A stretch of 43,204 nt of DNA, taken from positions 1 through 43,204 of the forward strand of contig JBECUI020000064.1 in assembly GCA_040954595.2 (NCBI GenBank), given 5' to 3'. The DNA comes from Balanoglossus misakiensis. Lineage: Eukaryota > Animalia > Hemichordata. Both the position numbers and the translations under genes were made by a program. Of this stretch, positions 1 through 11,976 are shown one piece after another (within the stretch, counting starts at the first letter, position 1; each line of letters begins with the position of its first letter). Under the pieces are notes generated by a model. It was given only the letters and a program-made list of their open reading frames with translations. It searched no databases and was not told where the DNA came from.

Positions 1-92
1 AACAATAATCATGTTTTTCATTAGTTTTTCATGGTTATCGACAAGCAGTGGTTCATAATAAATGAATCACTGTTCATGTACATAAAAGTTAC

Positions 93-2744
93 CTTGGAAG
101 TCTTCTTGGTCGTCCTGTTGTTGAATTTGGCGGAGTTTTGGGTTGAGATTCACGCACCCATTCCTGACTGCTGAGTGGTCGACTGTGGCCCTCCTTGGAA
201 GGAAACTGGTACGTCTTCTCAGCATCATGATTAACGGCTGTAGCTGGATATTCCGCTGCATCAAAGAAAGGAAAAAATAGGTAGAATGATAGACTTACTT
301 CTAATCTACAGGCTCATACACATTAGAATGACTCCATTGTTGATAATGGTGTGATTGGAGCTACATGTGTATCTACAGGGAAATTAGGGAGAAGGGATTA
401 AACAATTTGTAACTATTTTTTTCATCTTCATGACCTGAAAACTTTTAATCCAACAAACACTACTCTACTATAAAATTACAACATAACAACACCAGACAAA
501 ACAAACTATCACACATTTTGATTCTACCCTAAATAAATTGGGATAAAATGAGAAGTGATCAGAATATGTACCTTGATGAACTTTGGTGATGATGATGATG
601 ACAATAACATACACGTTGGTCTACTCTCTGAACATACATGCCATGAAAGTTAGAATTTAAAAGATAACAAGACAGATTTATGGAGAAAGAACATAATTAG
701 TATATGTTAATTTTTAATATCTGTTTATAAAGAATAAGAGAGATGATGAGTGTGAGTATAATGTAATTGACTGTGAGATGTGATACACACACAGGATATT
801 AAAACATGACATTAGATGTTATGAAGTGTTTGATTTAATATATGGTTATAATTAGTTAATTCATGTACTGTACTATGGAACATATCTAACATGGATTATT
901 AGTAAATAACCGAACAAAGTTTGTTAGAGAGAGATTGATATATGAGTTTGAGTTAAGCCTACTTCTTGTGTTTCCCCTGGAATAGAAAATTCCAAAAACA
1001 TGTTTTTTATAGCGTGTGTGTTGATAACTATTCGTACCTGACACGATATTCATCAGTGTCCTGTTGTAAGGGACTTCTAAAGATTTCAAAGCCTGCGACG
1101 TTCCTAACAGATCGCCGCCAAGAGCCTCCGGCAAGCGCCATCTGTTGGTACTACCGACTTGTTTACGAACCCGGCATCTTGGAGACACTGGATACTGTAG
1201 AAGAGTAGAAGAAATGGTAAAGTCTTATGAGAATGAAACATTTGGATTTATGGAAATGGTATAAATGAATCAAAATGTGGTATTCAAAGGCTTATCGTTG
1301 TTAGAGCAAAGTTAAACAAGTGACTACAGTTCTGAAATGCCTATGACAACCTGGACGATCATTTGTATTTTAAGGGCTTACCATACTGCAAGTATGCATA
1401 TCTGTTTTTAATACTGACCAATGAGTAACATGGCTTCGCAAACATTTAAAGATATTATTAAGATATAATAGTCCATTCATTCCTTCACCAAAGCTATGCT
1501 AATATCATACAACCCTTTAGTCCAATTTCAAAGTCAAACCCACTTGACTGCAGGTGGCTGAACCTAGTAAATATACTTGTATATTTGTACATGTATCACA
1601 GAGGTATTTGCTCCTTTTCTAAATCACTATGCCTGAAGAATAAACATATCTGTGTTGCCAAGACCTGAATCCATAGATGGATATCAAATCTTTCGGGGCA
1701 TTTTTGGGTAGTTATCGTGAGTGTGCCACTCCAGTACGTCAATTGACTTTCAAGTGACTGGCCAGCACTGGTAGAGACCAAGTTTATCAAAAATAAAAGA
1801 CCATAAATTAACTACACATATCACATATCAAAGATATCAACCCCTAGCCGTACAGGTTATTTTGTCATTTTAATGATCACAGTTCACTTACCCGTATAGG
1901 GTGTCTTCCATCCACTACAACACCAGATAAGGCAGTTACTGGAGCATCTTGCATTGCTCTGTTGTGCATCAAAGAGAGACAAAGATTACTATCACTCGCA
2001 AGAATGCCTTACTGCAAAGGTCTACATACTCTTTTGAATGTAACTGGGCAGGTGAATGCTATCCACAGGTGAATGCAAAAAAAGGATCATTGTTGACATG
2101 GGTGATGTAAAAAGACTGACTTTACAATGCCTAGAGGCAAATCAACATTTATCAATACACTGGCAGACAATACACTCACTGTGTAAGTCTGTGCAATACT
2201 CGCCAACTTTGAAGGGTTTTCACATTATTCAAGATTGCCTCCTTTATATACAGTGCGTAGTAAAGTGCCTTCTCTCTTATATTGTACATGTATAATACAT
2301 CACACTTCGGACCTATACAATAGGTGTGAAGAGTGGCGTTTTGACACTGATAATGCAAACCGTGAAGACAGTTATAGGTGGCATGCGAGGAACAGTAGCA
2401 GACAGTTAACTAAACTTGCTAAACAAGCACAAATACTCAAATTCGCAGAATAACCTTGCTGACAGATTAACGTTCCACTAAGTTTGTTCTGGGTAAATAA
2501 ACACCGAACTCGTCGCCTCTCACTCCTCCCCCACACAGTGGCACAGAGCAACATCACAGATTCAAATAGCTGATAAAAATAACGCCTCTTAAAGTTTTCA
2601 CTTGACTGGTTTGCAGGGAATACCTATGGCTTACCTCGGATATGCTGCCGCATCTCTGTGCATCGGTGGCGGTATGGATGGAAGATACAAGGTAGTAAAC
2701 CTCGGAGCTGGAGAGTAGCTCAGTGGTGATACATCAGCCGCCAT
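93..2744 (-). CDS. Unidentified spliced protein-coding gene, 5' part (4 exons; continues beyond left edge)
   Basis: Exons 2744-2635, 1958-1892, 1194-1038 and 255-93 all have GT-AG boundaries and matching phases (2,0,1,2). They give a stop-free frame: MAADVSPLSYSPAPRFTTLYLPSIPPPMHRDAAAYPRAMQDAPVTALSGVVVDGRHPIRYPVSPRCRVRKQVGSTNRWRLPEALGGDLLGTSQALKSLEVPYNRTLMNIVSAEYPATAVNHDAEKTYQFPSKEGHSRPLSSQEWVRESQPKTPPNSTTGRPRRLP. The start is in AAAATGGCGG context. Family not recognised. Confidence 0.75.
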
Positions 2745-2981
2745 TTTCGCTTCTGCGATATATCTCTAAGCAGTGCCGCTTAACTCACTACACTTCCGCA
2801 AACTAAAATAACCCCCGGAAAATACGTCTTTAAATGTGTTGGAAATGTCACTAAACGCGAGTGAATGGAGTTAGATGCCTTTAAATGGACTTACTTAACG
2901 AAAAAGTAACATGATTACAAGAAATATCTTGTTGCTACCATATTTCTTTAAAAATCCGCCTGAACTTGGTGATTCGGTCCA

Positions 2982-2996
2982 GTTGCTAGGGTAAAC
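2982..2996. promoter_or_regulatory. RFX X-box-like motif upstream of the unidentified gene
   Basis: GTTGCTAGGGTAAAC lies about 240 bp upstream of the ATG at 2744, with a half-site GTTGCTA at 2931. It resembles the consensus GTTGCCATGGCAAC. Confidence 0.4.
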
Positions 2997-3642
2997 TATT
3001 TTATTCATGTGCCCTCGACTAGACATGTTGTTCTCGATTGAATGGCAGTCACGTACGAAAAGGCTTCACAATGGTCATTAATTTGTCCTGTCCTTTCAAT
3101 GAGCATCGTCCAAATGTAATCCCCATTGTATTCAGAGGTGATTATATCGAAAATCGATGTCGTGTAATAATTCTCTGACAATGGAGCAGGCAACTAACTC
3201 GATCCCCGGGCCTGGTCGAACTGAGGCATCCGTGTAGGCCTAGGGCCTACGTGTGGTGGTAGCACTGGTACAGTGGTAGCCAACTTGTGAGCCCGGCCTA
3301 CAGTAAAGAGTTTACATCGTTATTATAAACCCCGTAGGCCTGTCAACTTCTATATGAAATGCGAGCAATGCAAAGTTGTGCCCACTCAAATCTTTTTTAA
3401 ACTAGTTTTGTGTACTGCCCAGGTATAAATGGCATCATGTACTTCAATATCAAGTGCTACTTACTGCCAAAGTTGTACTAAATGTGTACGTAATATGCTT
3501 TGAAATGTTTAATGTTTTTTGTGCTTTTATCGGTGTGTTTTTGATGAAACTGCATCTCTCAAAATCCCAATCATCCTCACATACGCATATCCCCACTGGG
3601 AGAGAAAACAAACACCATCACTGGTAAGTTGTAGTCTGGATT

Positions 3643-3648
3643 TTTATT
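3643..3648 (-). terminator. Probable eIF3a polyadenylation signal
   Basis: AATAAA on the minus strand is followed about 20 nt later by a GU-rich tract (GATGGTGTTTGTTTTC). A second, more proximal AATAAA lies near 4204-4209. Confidence 0.5.
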
Positions 3649-4439
3649 AATTTTAGTAAATAATAATTATATTGGCAGAAAAAAATGACAATTTCTAGAA
3701 GGTAGCTACAAAATCCAATTTTGTAATTATTTAAATCCACAAGGTACACCTAGAGGTTGACAGCTGAAACTTACGAGAGAAGATCGTCAAGTACCACAAG
3801 TCAGTTGATGTCATACTTGGAGGTGGGGATTTGGCCAAGTGACTTTGTTTGTGGACTTGCATGCTACATGACTTGGTACTGTAGACTGTAGATCCAAGTT
3901 TAAATCTCATAAAACACAAGTTGAGAGGAAGGAATGGAAGTCAATTCCTGATAAAACCAGAAATAAGACGGTACAACATTGTTATTCAGCATGATCATAA
4001 TTAGCAACTGATCATGCTTCAAAGAATTCTTTCACATAACTGCTTGTAAGTGAAAGCAAAAACTGAATCAATTCTTTCATACAACAACCACATTAATAAC
4101 TATAAAGCAGATCATAATATTCAGCACATTACTAGCACAAAGTGGAAAATCTCACAATACAAATATTGTAGTATGGACAAGGTAAATTATTTTTTCATGT
4201 ATATTTATTCATAAACAAATACACTGCTTTTTTCCCTTACTGTTCAAAATACTTCTAACCAAAAAGAAATGAAAGTAAGAAAAAGTAAATGTTCTACAGA
4301 AAGCCACTACTACAAATAGCAATAATCTATTAATTCTAGTCCAGACATCTTCATTATTCCCCCACGAAATTTAAAGGATTCTAAATGGAATTGAGCTACT
4401 TATTTGGGGGAACTAATGACCTCACATTGACACGTTTGT

Positions 4440-7400
4440 TTATCGTTTCGCAACAGTTGTCCATCCATCTTCTTGTGAGTCTTCTTCCCTGGGAGGTTTC
4501 CTGGCTCTTTCCACAGGTTCAGCTCTTGGTCTTCTGTCGTCTCTATCACGACTAGGTGGACCACGATCTTCTCTTGGGATGTCACGCCAGCTTCTGCCCT
4601 CTGGAGGTCCTCCGCGTCGATCCCTGTCATCTCTTGGGGGTGGTGGTGGTCCACGATCGTCACGGTCACTCGGCCCCCAACGATCTCTCTCACCTCTAGG
4701 TGGACCTCTAGCAGGTGGTGGCCCTCTGTCTTCACCGCGTCGCCAGTCACGATCATCTGAAAACCTTTCATCCCTTGGTGGTCCTCGTGATGGAGGTCCC
4801 CGGCGCCAATCTCCCTCATCGTCTCTAGGTGGCGGTCTTCTCCATGGATCATCTCTTGGTGGGCCTCGTGGTGGACCATCATCTCGTCTCCAGCGATCAT
4901 CTGGCGGGGGAGCACGTCTATCCGAGTCATCTCTCCGGCGCCAGTCCGAATCTGGTGGCGGTGCACGTCTATCTCGGTCATCTGGTGGAGGGCCACGCCT
5001 GTCTCGATCATCAAAAGGACGACGTCTATCGCGGTCATCAAAAGGACGTCTGTCACGGTCCTCAGGAGGCGGTCCACGGCGGTCGCGGTCATCAGGGGGA
5101 GGTCCACGGCGGTCTCGGTCATCGGGGGGAGGTCCACGCCTGATGCGGTCATCTGGCGGTGGGCCACGGTCGTCCAGAGAAGCCCAGCGTCTCTCACGGT
5201 CTTCTGGAGGAGGTCCACGCCTGTCGCGGTCGTCCGCAGGAGGTCCAGATCTCTCACGGTCATCCACTGGAGGTCTCCGCCTATCAAAATCATCTGGTGG
5301 TGGTCTCCTTCCATCTGTATCATCTGGTCTGTCTTCACCTTCCTCACCTGCTGGCTGCTTACGTAACCAGGTGCTGTCCTTCTCCTTCACTCTTTCTCTC
5401 CAACCACCTTCCCTTACTGCAGGCCGCCAAGGTCCAGAATGCTCTTTTGGTGGCTCCTCTGCTTTAGAACTAAAGTAGAGATTACAGAAATAAGCAAGAT
5501 TTTCAAAGAATTATACTGGATTTAGTAAAAAAAAAGTGATGACAGTACACAGCAATATATTGCTGACTTACTTGCTAAGAAAAGGTTTGTAAAACTCTTT
5601 CACCCCCAATTTATGATATACTGAACTCTCGCTAATCAGCAGCTATCAGTTTCCCTGGTGATGCAATGAAGTTTCCATATTGAAAATTTAACTTCACACT
5701 TACGAGCTTCTCCAAGACTCTCTACCACCATCCCGATCGTCTCTTCCCCATCCAGGACCTCTTCTCTCAGGTTCCCTCTCATGACTTACGACTCTTTCCT
5801 CGTGTTTTTTCGATAACTTTTCTTCAATTTCTCTTTCCCTGAACAAAATAAAATAAAATTTACACTTCAGGCATGACTGGGTAATGGCTGTAGACAGCAA
5901 TAAATAAATCCCCATGACACCATCTTTTGAGGACTAAATATGTACTTGTAAATAATAATTGGAAAATGATCATTTTGACTCAATGAACACACCACCCTAT
6001 ATCTGTTGCACTGATAATTCAAAGGATGAGAGGAATATATGTTGATTCCACACCTGGCTCTCTGTTTAGCAGCTTGCTCTTCCAACTTGGCCAATTTCTC
6101 CCGGTATTCTTCCTCCTCTTGTTCCTGTAGTTTGCGCTTTTCAGCTTCCTCTCTCTCCCGCTCTGCAAAAATTCAAATTAATATTTTGTCAGGATTATTA
6201 TTGTTCTGCTTCATTATTTCTTCCTGAATATACAAACTGAAATAAAATTTGACAAGTAGACATGTTCACATTACAATTTCCTTATTTAATTTTGGAGGTT
6301 TGAACAAACATATCTCAGTGGAAGGGATGCTGTTCAAAGCATTTTCACACTTTCAAACTTCAACAAAATCTTGGCGCAGAGGATCATGAAGGAGTCCGAC
6401 ATTCTTTTCTCTTACCTCTAACTGCTTCTTCATCTTTCCTCCTTTGTTCTTCTTCTTGTCTCTCCTTCAACCATTTTTGTCTTCTCTCTTCCTTCCTTCT
6501 CTCTCTCCTCTGCAGAAGCCTTGCTTCTCTTTCTTCTTCAAAATCTTTCTCAAATTTAGCAAATTTTTCCTATTGAAAACATTTGACATTAAATCAGTGA
6601 TTGTTTATGCTCTCCATGTTATTGTTAACACCATAAGCAACTTATTTTCCAAAACAATCAAAATGTTGACTGCACAGTATGAGAAGCACACTAAACTCAA
6701 GAAATGCACACCTTGTACACAGATGATCTGGCATCTTTCAGGGAATTCAAGAATTTATCCTTTTCTTCAGTTAGGAGCGACAGACGATCTCTTTCTCTTT
6801 TGGCCAATTCACGCTCTTCTATCAGTCTTTTGATCTGAAAAAAAAGAAGATATAAATTAAGAGCACGAACAAAATAGAAAGTAATTTCTCAAAAATTTCA
6901 AAAATAACCACCACTTGCGAACTGGCATTATACCAAGGCTTCAACGCCACCACTGAATAAGGAAGAAGTCAAAAGTGTTGTATGACAATATGAAGCTGTG
7001 GGGAGCTGCAAAATGCACATGATCATGGTTTGTCTTTGTTCCAGAAAGACAATTCACATACCCTTTCCTCTTCCTGTTGTTCCCACCTCTCTCTGTCCTT
7101 CACAGCATTCTCCTCCGCTTCTTTTTTCAGCAGAGGTATTTCTTCGATTCTTTGTGCTCGGGCAGAATAATCAATCTGAAAAGTGGAAGTCAGTATGCAA
7201 CCATGAGTCAGAGATCCGAATCCAGAAAAAAAACCCAGATCCCAATTCACAATATGTGACCATGACTCGCATATATCTCTCTCTATAAACCATGGTCAAA
7301 CTCCTACGGGACATTGTGGTTGAAAAATGATATATGAACCACAATACATAATGATTTGTTACTTGCCTTCTTTTCTTGAGTTTTCAATCGAAGTTGAAGT

Positions 7401-10400
7401 TCTTTCTTCTCCTGCTCTAACTGCTGCACTTGTTTGGCCATGATCTCATCAGCATCCATGTCTTTCAATTCCTACAAAACAATGCAAAGTAAGTGTCAGT
7501 GCTGTTGATATCAATGAAATGTAGGTGTGAATGAGATAAATTGCAAAGACTACAATTTGGAATCAACTGATAGGTAAAACAAACATTACGTACATCAATG
7601 TCCAATTTCTTCAAAGTCCTAGCGCCAATGGCGGTCTTCTTGAGACTTTCAATTCTATCCATTGTTTGCTTCTGTTGGATCTGCCTGTGTTCTTCTTGTC
7701 TTCGTCTCTTCTCTCTCTCTTCTGCTTCTCTCTCCAATCGACGATGTTCCGCTTGCAGAGCCGCACGTTTCTGTCGTTCCAGTTCTTCTTGCTCCTCCTT
7801 TTCCTGTACATTTCATGAATAACGATGTTTACGTTTGTGGTCTCAAATTAAGTGTGAAAAATCATAACTTACAGAAACTGACAATCCTGGGACAGAGAAT
7901 CCACAACCAAGTCCGGGTCTCGAACCTACAATCCTCCGATTGGGAGTCCGGTACCCTTACCACTAGGCTAATGATATTCAGACAGAGACAAAAGCTACGC
8001 ATTACCCTTTGTGTATTAAGACTCTCCAGATGTTCCTTTCTCTCTTCAATGATGTGTCTACGAGCCAAAATGCGTAGATGTTCCTTTTTAGCACTGCGTG
8101 CATAACTCTGGGCTATAGCCTGTCTCTGCTCTCCTCTCTCAACCTGGCGGATGAAAGAAAGATGATTGTTAGAATGGGAACAGTAACAAGTCACGCCCAG
8201 ACTCAAAACAGGGCTGCCAAGATGGCTGCCCAAGGTGCGTTTGGGGAAAATGCCAAGCTTTGTTACCTTTGTGTTAAACCATACATCATTTCAATAGCTT
8301 TGAATACCACGGATGGCATGACCTTTGGTGTGATTGAGAACACTCCTCTCACCTGTATATTGGGAGGATTAATCAAAGCCACTGCTTTCTGCAATGCAGC
8401 TGACATTTGCGACAGTTGATTCTTGATCTGTTCAGAGGCCATATCCTGCAAGTGGGGACCTTCTAATTCATCCGCTCCGCCAGTTGAAACACCGAGATCA
8501 GCACCAAAATGCAGAGATCTTGTGCGGTGGTCTATCTGGACCTGCAGAAGGAAAGATAAAGTATGATTCAAAGTTGAAGAGAGAAGGTATGTGTGTAGCT
8601 ATGCACTTTCCTGCAGGCAAACCACAAACCTACCTACACATACACGCACATCGTTAATTAAAGTCAAATGCAAATACCTGTAAAGCTCCACTTCTTGATG
8701 CTTCCACAATAATCTTCTCCAAGTGAAACTCTGAAGAAAACTTCGCCAACTCGGCTAACCTTGAGAATTGTATAGTTTGGTACACCTGAGAGACCTATGA
8801 ACATAAAAACGGGGTAAAGATGTTTGGTCCTTAATAATGGCATATGTTTGATATATGAAATCCTTAGTAAATTTAAACTGCTTACAACCCATCTATCCAG
8901 GCTACATCAACCTTACCTGGCTGATAAGTCTTGTCAAAGTCACATCCTGCAATGCTGGCACATACTGTGATAACTCCAACTCGTTGGCTTCTTGGAGGAA
9001 ATCAAGAATTTGGGTGACTCTCTCACAGAGACAGAGAGGATGAAACTCCACTTCCAGCCACTTGAACAAGTCTTTCAACTGCGGCAGAACATGCTGCACT
9101 ACATTGTACTTCACCTGATGAAGGAGATGAAATTTGAAAATCAGATGGATGAAAGCAGGCAAGTGTGCAATTTACAGCATTATTAGCTATCATCACAGAT
9201 ATAAAATGGTTTAAGAAAATACTAACCAAGTCCTTGATGAGTTGACTTCTGCTGGGAGCGCTCTGCAAGCCAAGCAAGTTGGCCAATTTGCGTTGCTTTT
9301 CTGTGTGCACCTCTCGCATATCCAATACACTTGTGATAACACTGCGTGGCTGAATAATCTGGATTGACAGCGTCGCTAGAAGAACTCGGGATGCCATTCT
9401 AGTAAGAGGACAAGGAAGAGAGTCAGCCAGCTTGTTAAGAATTCAATCACTTGTAAGCAAAAATTCAACCTGTGTTAACAAACCTCTAAATGTACAGGAC
9501 CAAAGTTAAGATCCGGAATCATTTTCAAAGGATTCCCAAAGCCACTCAAAATTTCTGGAGTTCATAGATAACTACACTCAGTTACCTTTGGATTTCATCA
9601 GATGACAGGTTTTTTCTTTGTTCTCTCGACAGCTGCAGCAATCTGTGCAGGGCACAGGCATGGAACAGGTAATTGCCAGACTTCCAGAACACTAATCCCA
9701 GTTTGAGATAATAGTTTGCCATGAGCTGTGGCTTTGGTGGTTTTTTGGACAATGTCATCAGACCATGAACATCTTCAATTGCCTTGTACGCCTCCTGTGT
9801 TAGAAAACAGACATTATCAGGACACGGAAGTTTTCCAGGATTTTGTCCTCTTTCCACAAAGGGATATGGAATTATTTGAAATTTAGAGTCACCAAATCGG
9901 CCAAAAGTCCAAATTTAACAATATACACACCTGCCACAATTCCATGCTGATAGCATTATCCAACTGTACAAGCCTGGTTTCCAGGTGCATAGCCTGGCTT
10001 TCAGGGTTGTTGAGGTTGATGGAAGAAGCCTGGTTCTGGTATTTGGTGATCAGTCCCAGATGGTTTCTCAGCTGTAAAGAGTTTGAAGAGAATCAGGTAT
10101 GTGTAATAAACAGAACTAGATATATGTAATAACAACCAGTTACTTGCTGTTTCTACACAATCAGTAGAAATAACACTCACTGTAATTCACACAACCAAGC
10201 AGTGATTTGAGGTTATGAGGATCACGATTGTAAATCTGTTAATGTTGGTAACTTACATTTTCACATAGTTTGCGAAATTCAGTTTTCCTAGTGTACTTGT
10301 GACAGAACTTAAAAGCTGCAAAAGAAACACAAACATGAAGTTTACAAATATTGTCTTCAGAATAACAATAAATGCATGTCTTTTGGAGGTTTGCATGGGA

Positions 10401-11596
10401 AGCACTTGACACTGAAGCAGTGATAAACAGTTCACACCTTGCTGTGCAATATCCTGGTACAACCGTTCCACTCTTGTGTTGTTCCTGAGGAGGTCCAGAC
10501 ACTGTCTGTATGATTCCCACAGAAACTTCACCCATGGTGTCAGCAACACGCGGTCGGTACGGTCATGAGTGTCCTCCCCACTGACAGCACTCAGCAGTAA
10601 ACTGGGAAGAATAAGTGTAGAAAGGTGATGGGTAAGAGATCATAGAGCCACAAGTCAACATCACATCTGAGTATTAACATGATGAACAGATATCATTGTG
10701 CATGGGGAAAGTATGCACATTATTTCAATGAAACACAACCATGAGGGACAACCATTCAAATTACTTGCTTACCTTTCTGGTGTTGTTATTTGGTCCAAAT
10801 CATCAATGTCATCCACCATCTGCTTGGATTCCTCCTTTGCAGCCTCTGTCTTCTCCTCTGCAAGTCTTAGGTAACTCCTCACCACATCTTCAAGTGACTT
10901 TATGTTCACCTATAACACCAATATTGTACATCTAGTTTTCAAGGGACTGCTCAGCCGAGTCAGTTTGTCAAAGTCATTCTGATATGGATGGAGACAAACT
11001 AATGGCACATACCTGTTGACAGATGTTCTTGTATTGGTAAAGTCCCTCCTTGGCAATATGGCTCTTGCGCAAGTCTACACAGAGCTGCAGATACTTCTCC
11101 ATGATTGGTTCATGGATCTTCTGCCATGTTCGATGTTTCTTGCTTTTGATGACATCATACAATGCATCCAAGGCTGGCTGCTTCTTTCCCACATCAATAA
11201 ATTCTACAAGGATAAGATGCATATGCATAAATACCTTCTCAATCAAATCAAACGACTTCCCATGTCATTGTCATGGCATGCAATTTCTAGCACTGCAATG
11301 CACACGCTGATCATGCATGTCTGGAAGAGCCGTTGGAAATGTTTGGGGAATTGTATTGGGAGACAAGCAATCGAACATTATTCATACATCATCATCACAT
11401 TCACTCAGTTGGCCCCTTTCCCCGATTATAACGGTTAATGAATGGTTTCTCGACCGGGTTAAATCACATGCAAAAAAGCCTGTAGACGTAACATATGGAC
11501 GTCACACTCAGACAGGCGAACACGAGCGCACACGCACGACGCCTTACCATTTGCTCTTTTCAGAGCGTTTTCGGGTCTTTGGAAGTAGGTCGGCAT
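4440..11596 (-). CDS. EIF3A: Eukaryotic translation initiation factor 3 subunit A (20 exons, 1247 aa)
   Basis: N-terminus [54 protein letters not shown]-region motifs ([23 protein letters not shown]), a coiled coil and a C-terminal DRRGPPP repeat tail. Exons: 11596-11548, 11203-11013, 10909-10773, 10601-10438, 10315-10257, 10071-9931, 9794-9586, 9398-9227, 9114-8917, 8794-8678, 8541-8353, 8143-8006, 7803-7594, 7471-7367, 7175-7062, 6834-6712, 6569-6416, 6162-6054, 5838-5704, 5469-4440. All phases are consistent. Confidence 0.98.
4540..5320 (-). repeat. Coding tandem repeat (~30-nt / 10-aa unit [10 protein letters not shown]) forming the eIF3a C-terminal RP tail
   Basis: Repeated [10 protein letters not shown]-like units in the last exon, most regular at about 4950-5320. 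Decapeptide repeats are a known feature of metazoan eIF3a. Confidence 0.9.
7885..7972 (-). mobile_element. tRNA-derived SINE head / tRNA pseudogene in eIF3a intron 12
   Basis: The minus strand reads TAGCCTAGTGGTAAGGGTACCGGACTCCCAATCGGAGGATTGTAGGTTCGAGACC. It has a Pol III A box (7970-7960), a B box (7926-7916) and a CTCCCAA anticodon-like loop. The anticodon and T stems are broken and no acceptor stem is evident. Confidence 0.7.
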
Positions 11597-11976
11597 CTTT
11601 CACAACTGCACAATTATCAAATGCAATATTTCCCGCCCAAGAATGGGCTAATCTTTCATTAACAATGGACTACCACCAGATATTTTCTCGTGGTCATTCA
11701 GAGTTTCAACACCAAAGATGGCGCAACTTAGAAACCCGACCATGTGGGGCGTGACGTCACATCCTCCTGACCGTGGAGTTAAACTGATTTTTGGTAACTT
11801 TAACAATATATCTTCTACAAAAATATCAAAACAACGTATGAAAGTCAAAATTGAGATAAAGTTACGCGTGTTTGACATGGAGTATTGAACAATTACTATA
11901 GCTTTTTAATATTAATACTTCAGATGCATGATGGGAATGATATGACCTTACAGTGAACTTCCTGTCGGTGTCAAGA
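11597..11976. promoter_or_regulatory. Bidirectional promoter shared by EIF3A and DENND10
   Basis: Only 380 bp separate the divergent start codons. The interval holds YY1-like AAGATGGCG (11715-11723), a palindromic CRE GTGACGTCAC (11751-11760) and ETS-like ACTTCCTGT (11957-11965). Confidence 0.75.

Noticed and set aside
572-627. Possible extra exon of the orphan gene (AAG/GTAC donor at 572)
   Set aside because: Candidate acceptors either shift the frame or introduce a TAG. The gene is in phase without it.
4950-5320. Regularly spaced repeats that superficially resemble a CRISPR array
   Set aside because: This is a coding tandem repeat with no unique spacers, no cas genes and a eukaryotic context.
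4400-5478. Long overlapping ORFs in alternative frames and strand (4400-5347 -, 4579-5478 +)
   Set aside because: They are shadow frames of the GC-rich eIF3a repeat tail. The nearby alternative acceptors I tested (5461, 5458) run into a stop.
7905-7975. Functional tRNA-Gly(CCC)
   Set aside because: The anticodon and T stems are mismatched and there is no acceptor stem; treated as a SINE or pseudogene.
11204-11547. C/D snoRNA in eIF3a intron 1 (GTGATGA box)
   Set aside because: The box is part of a short GAT run and has no downstream CTGA D box in the intron.
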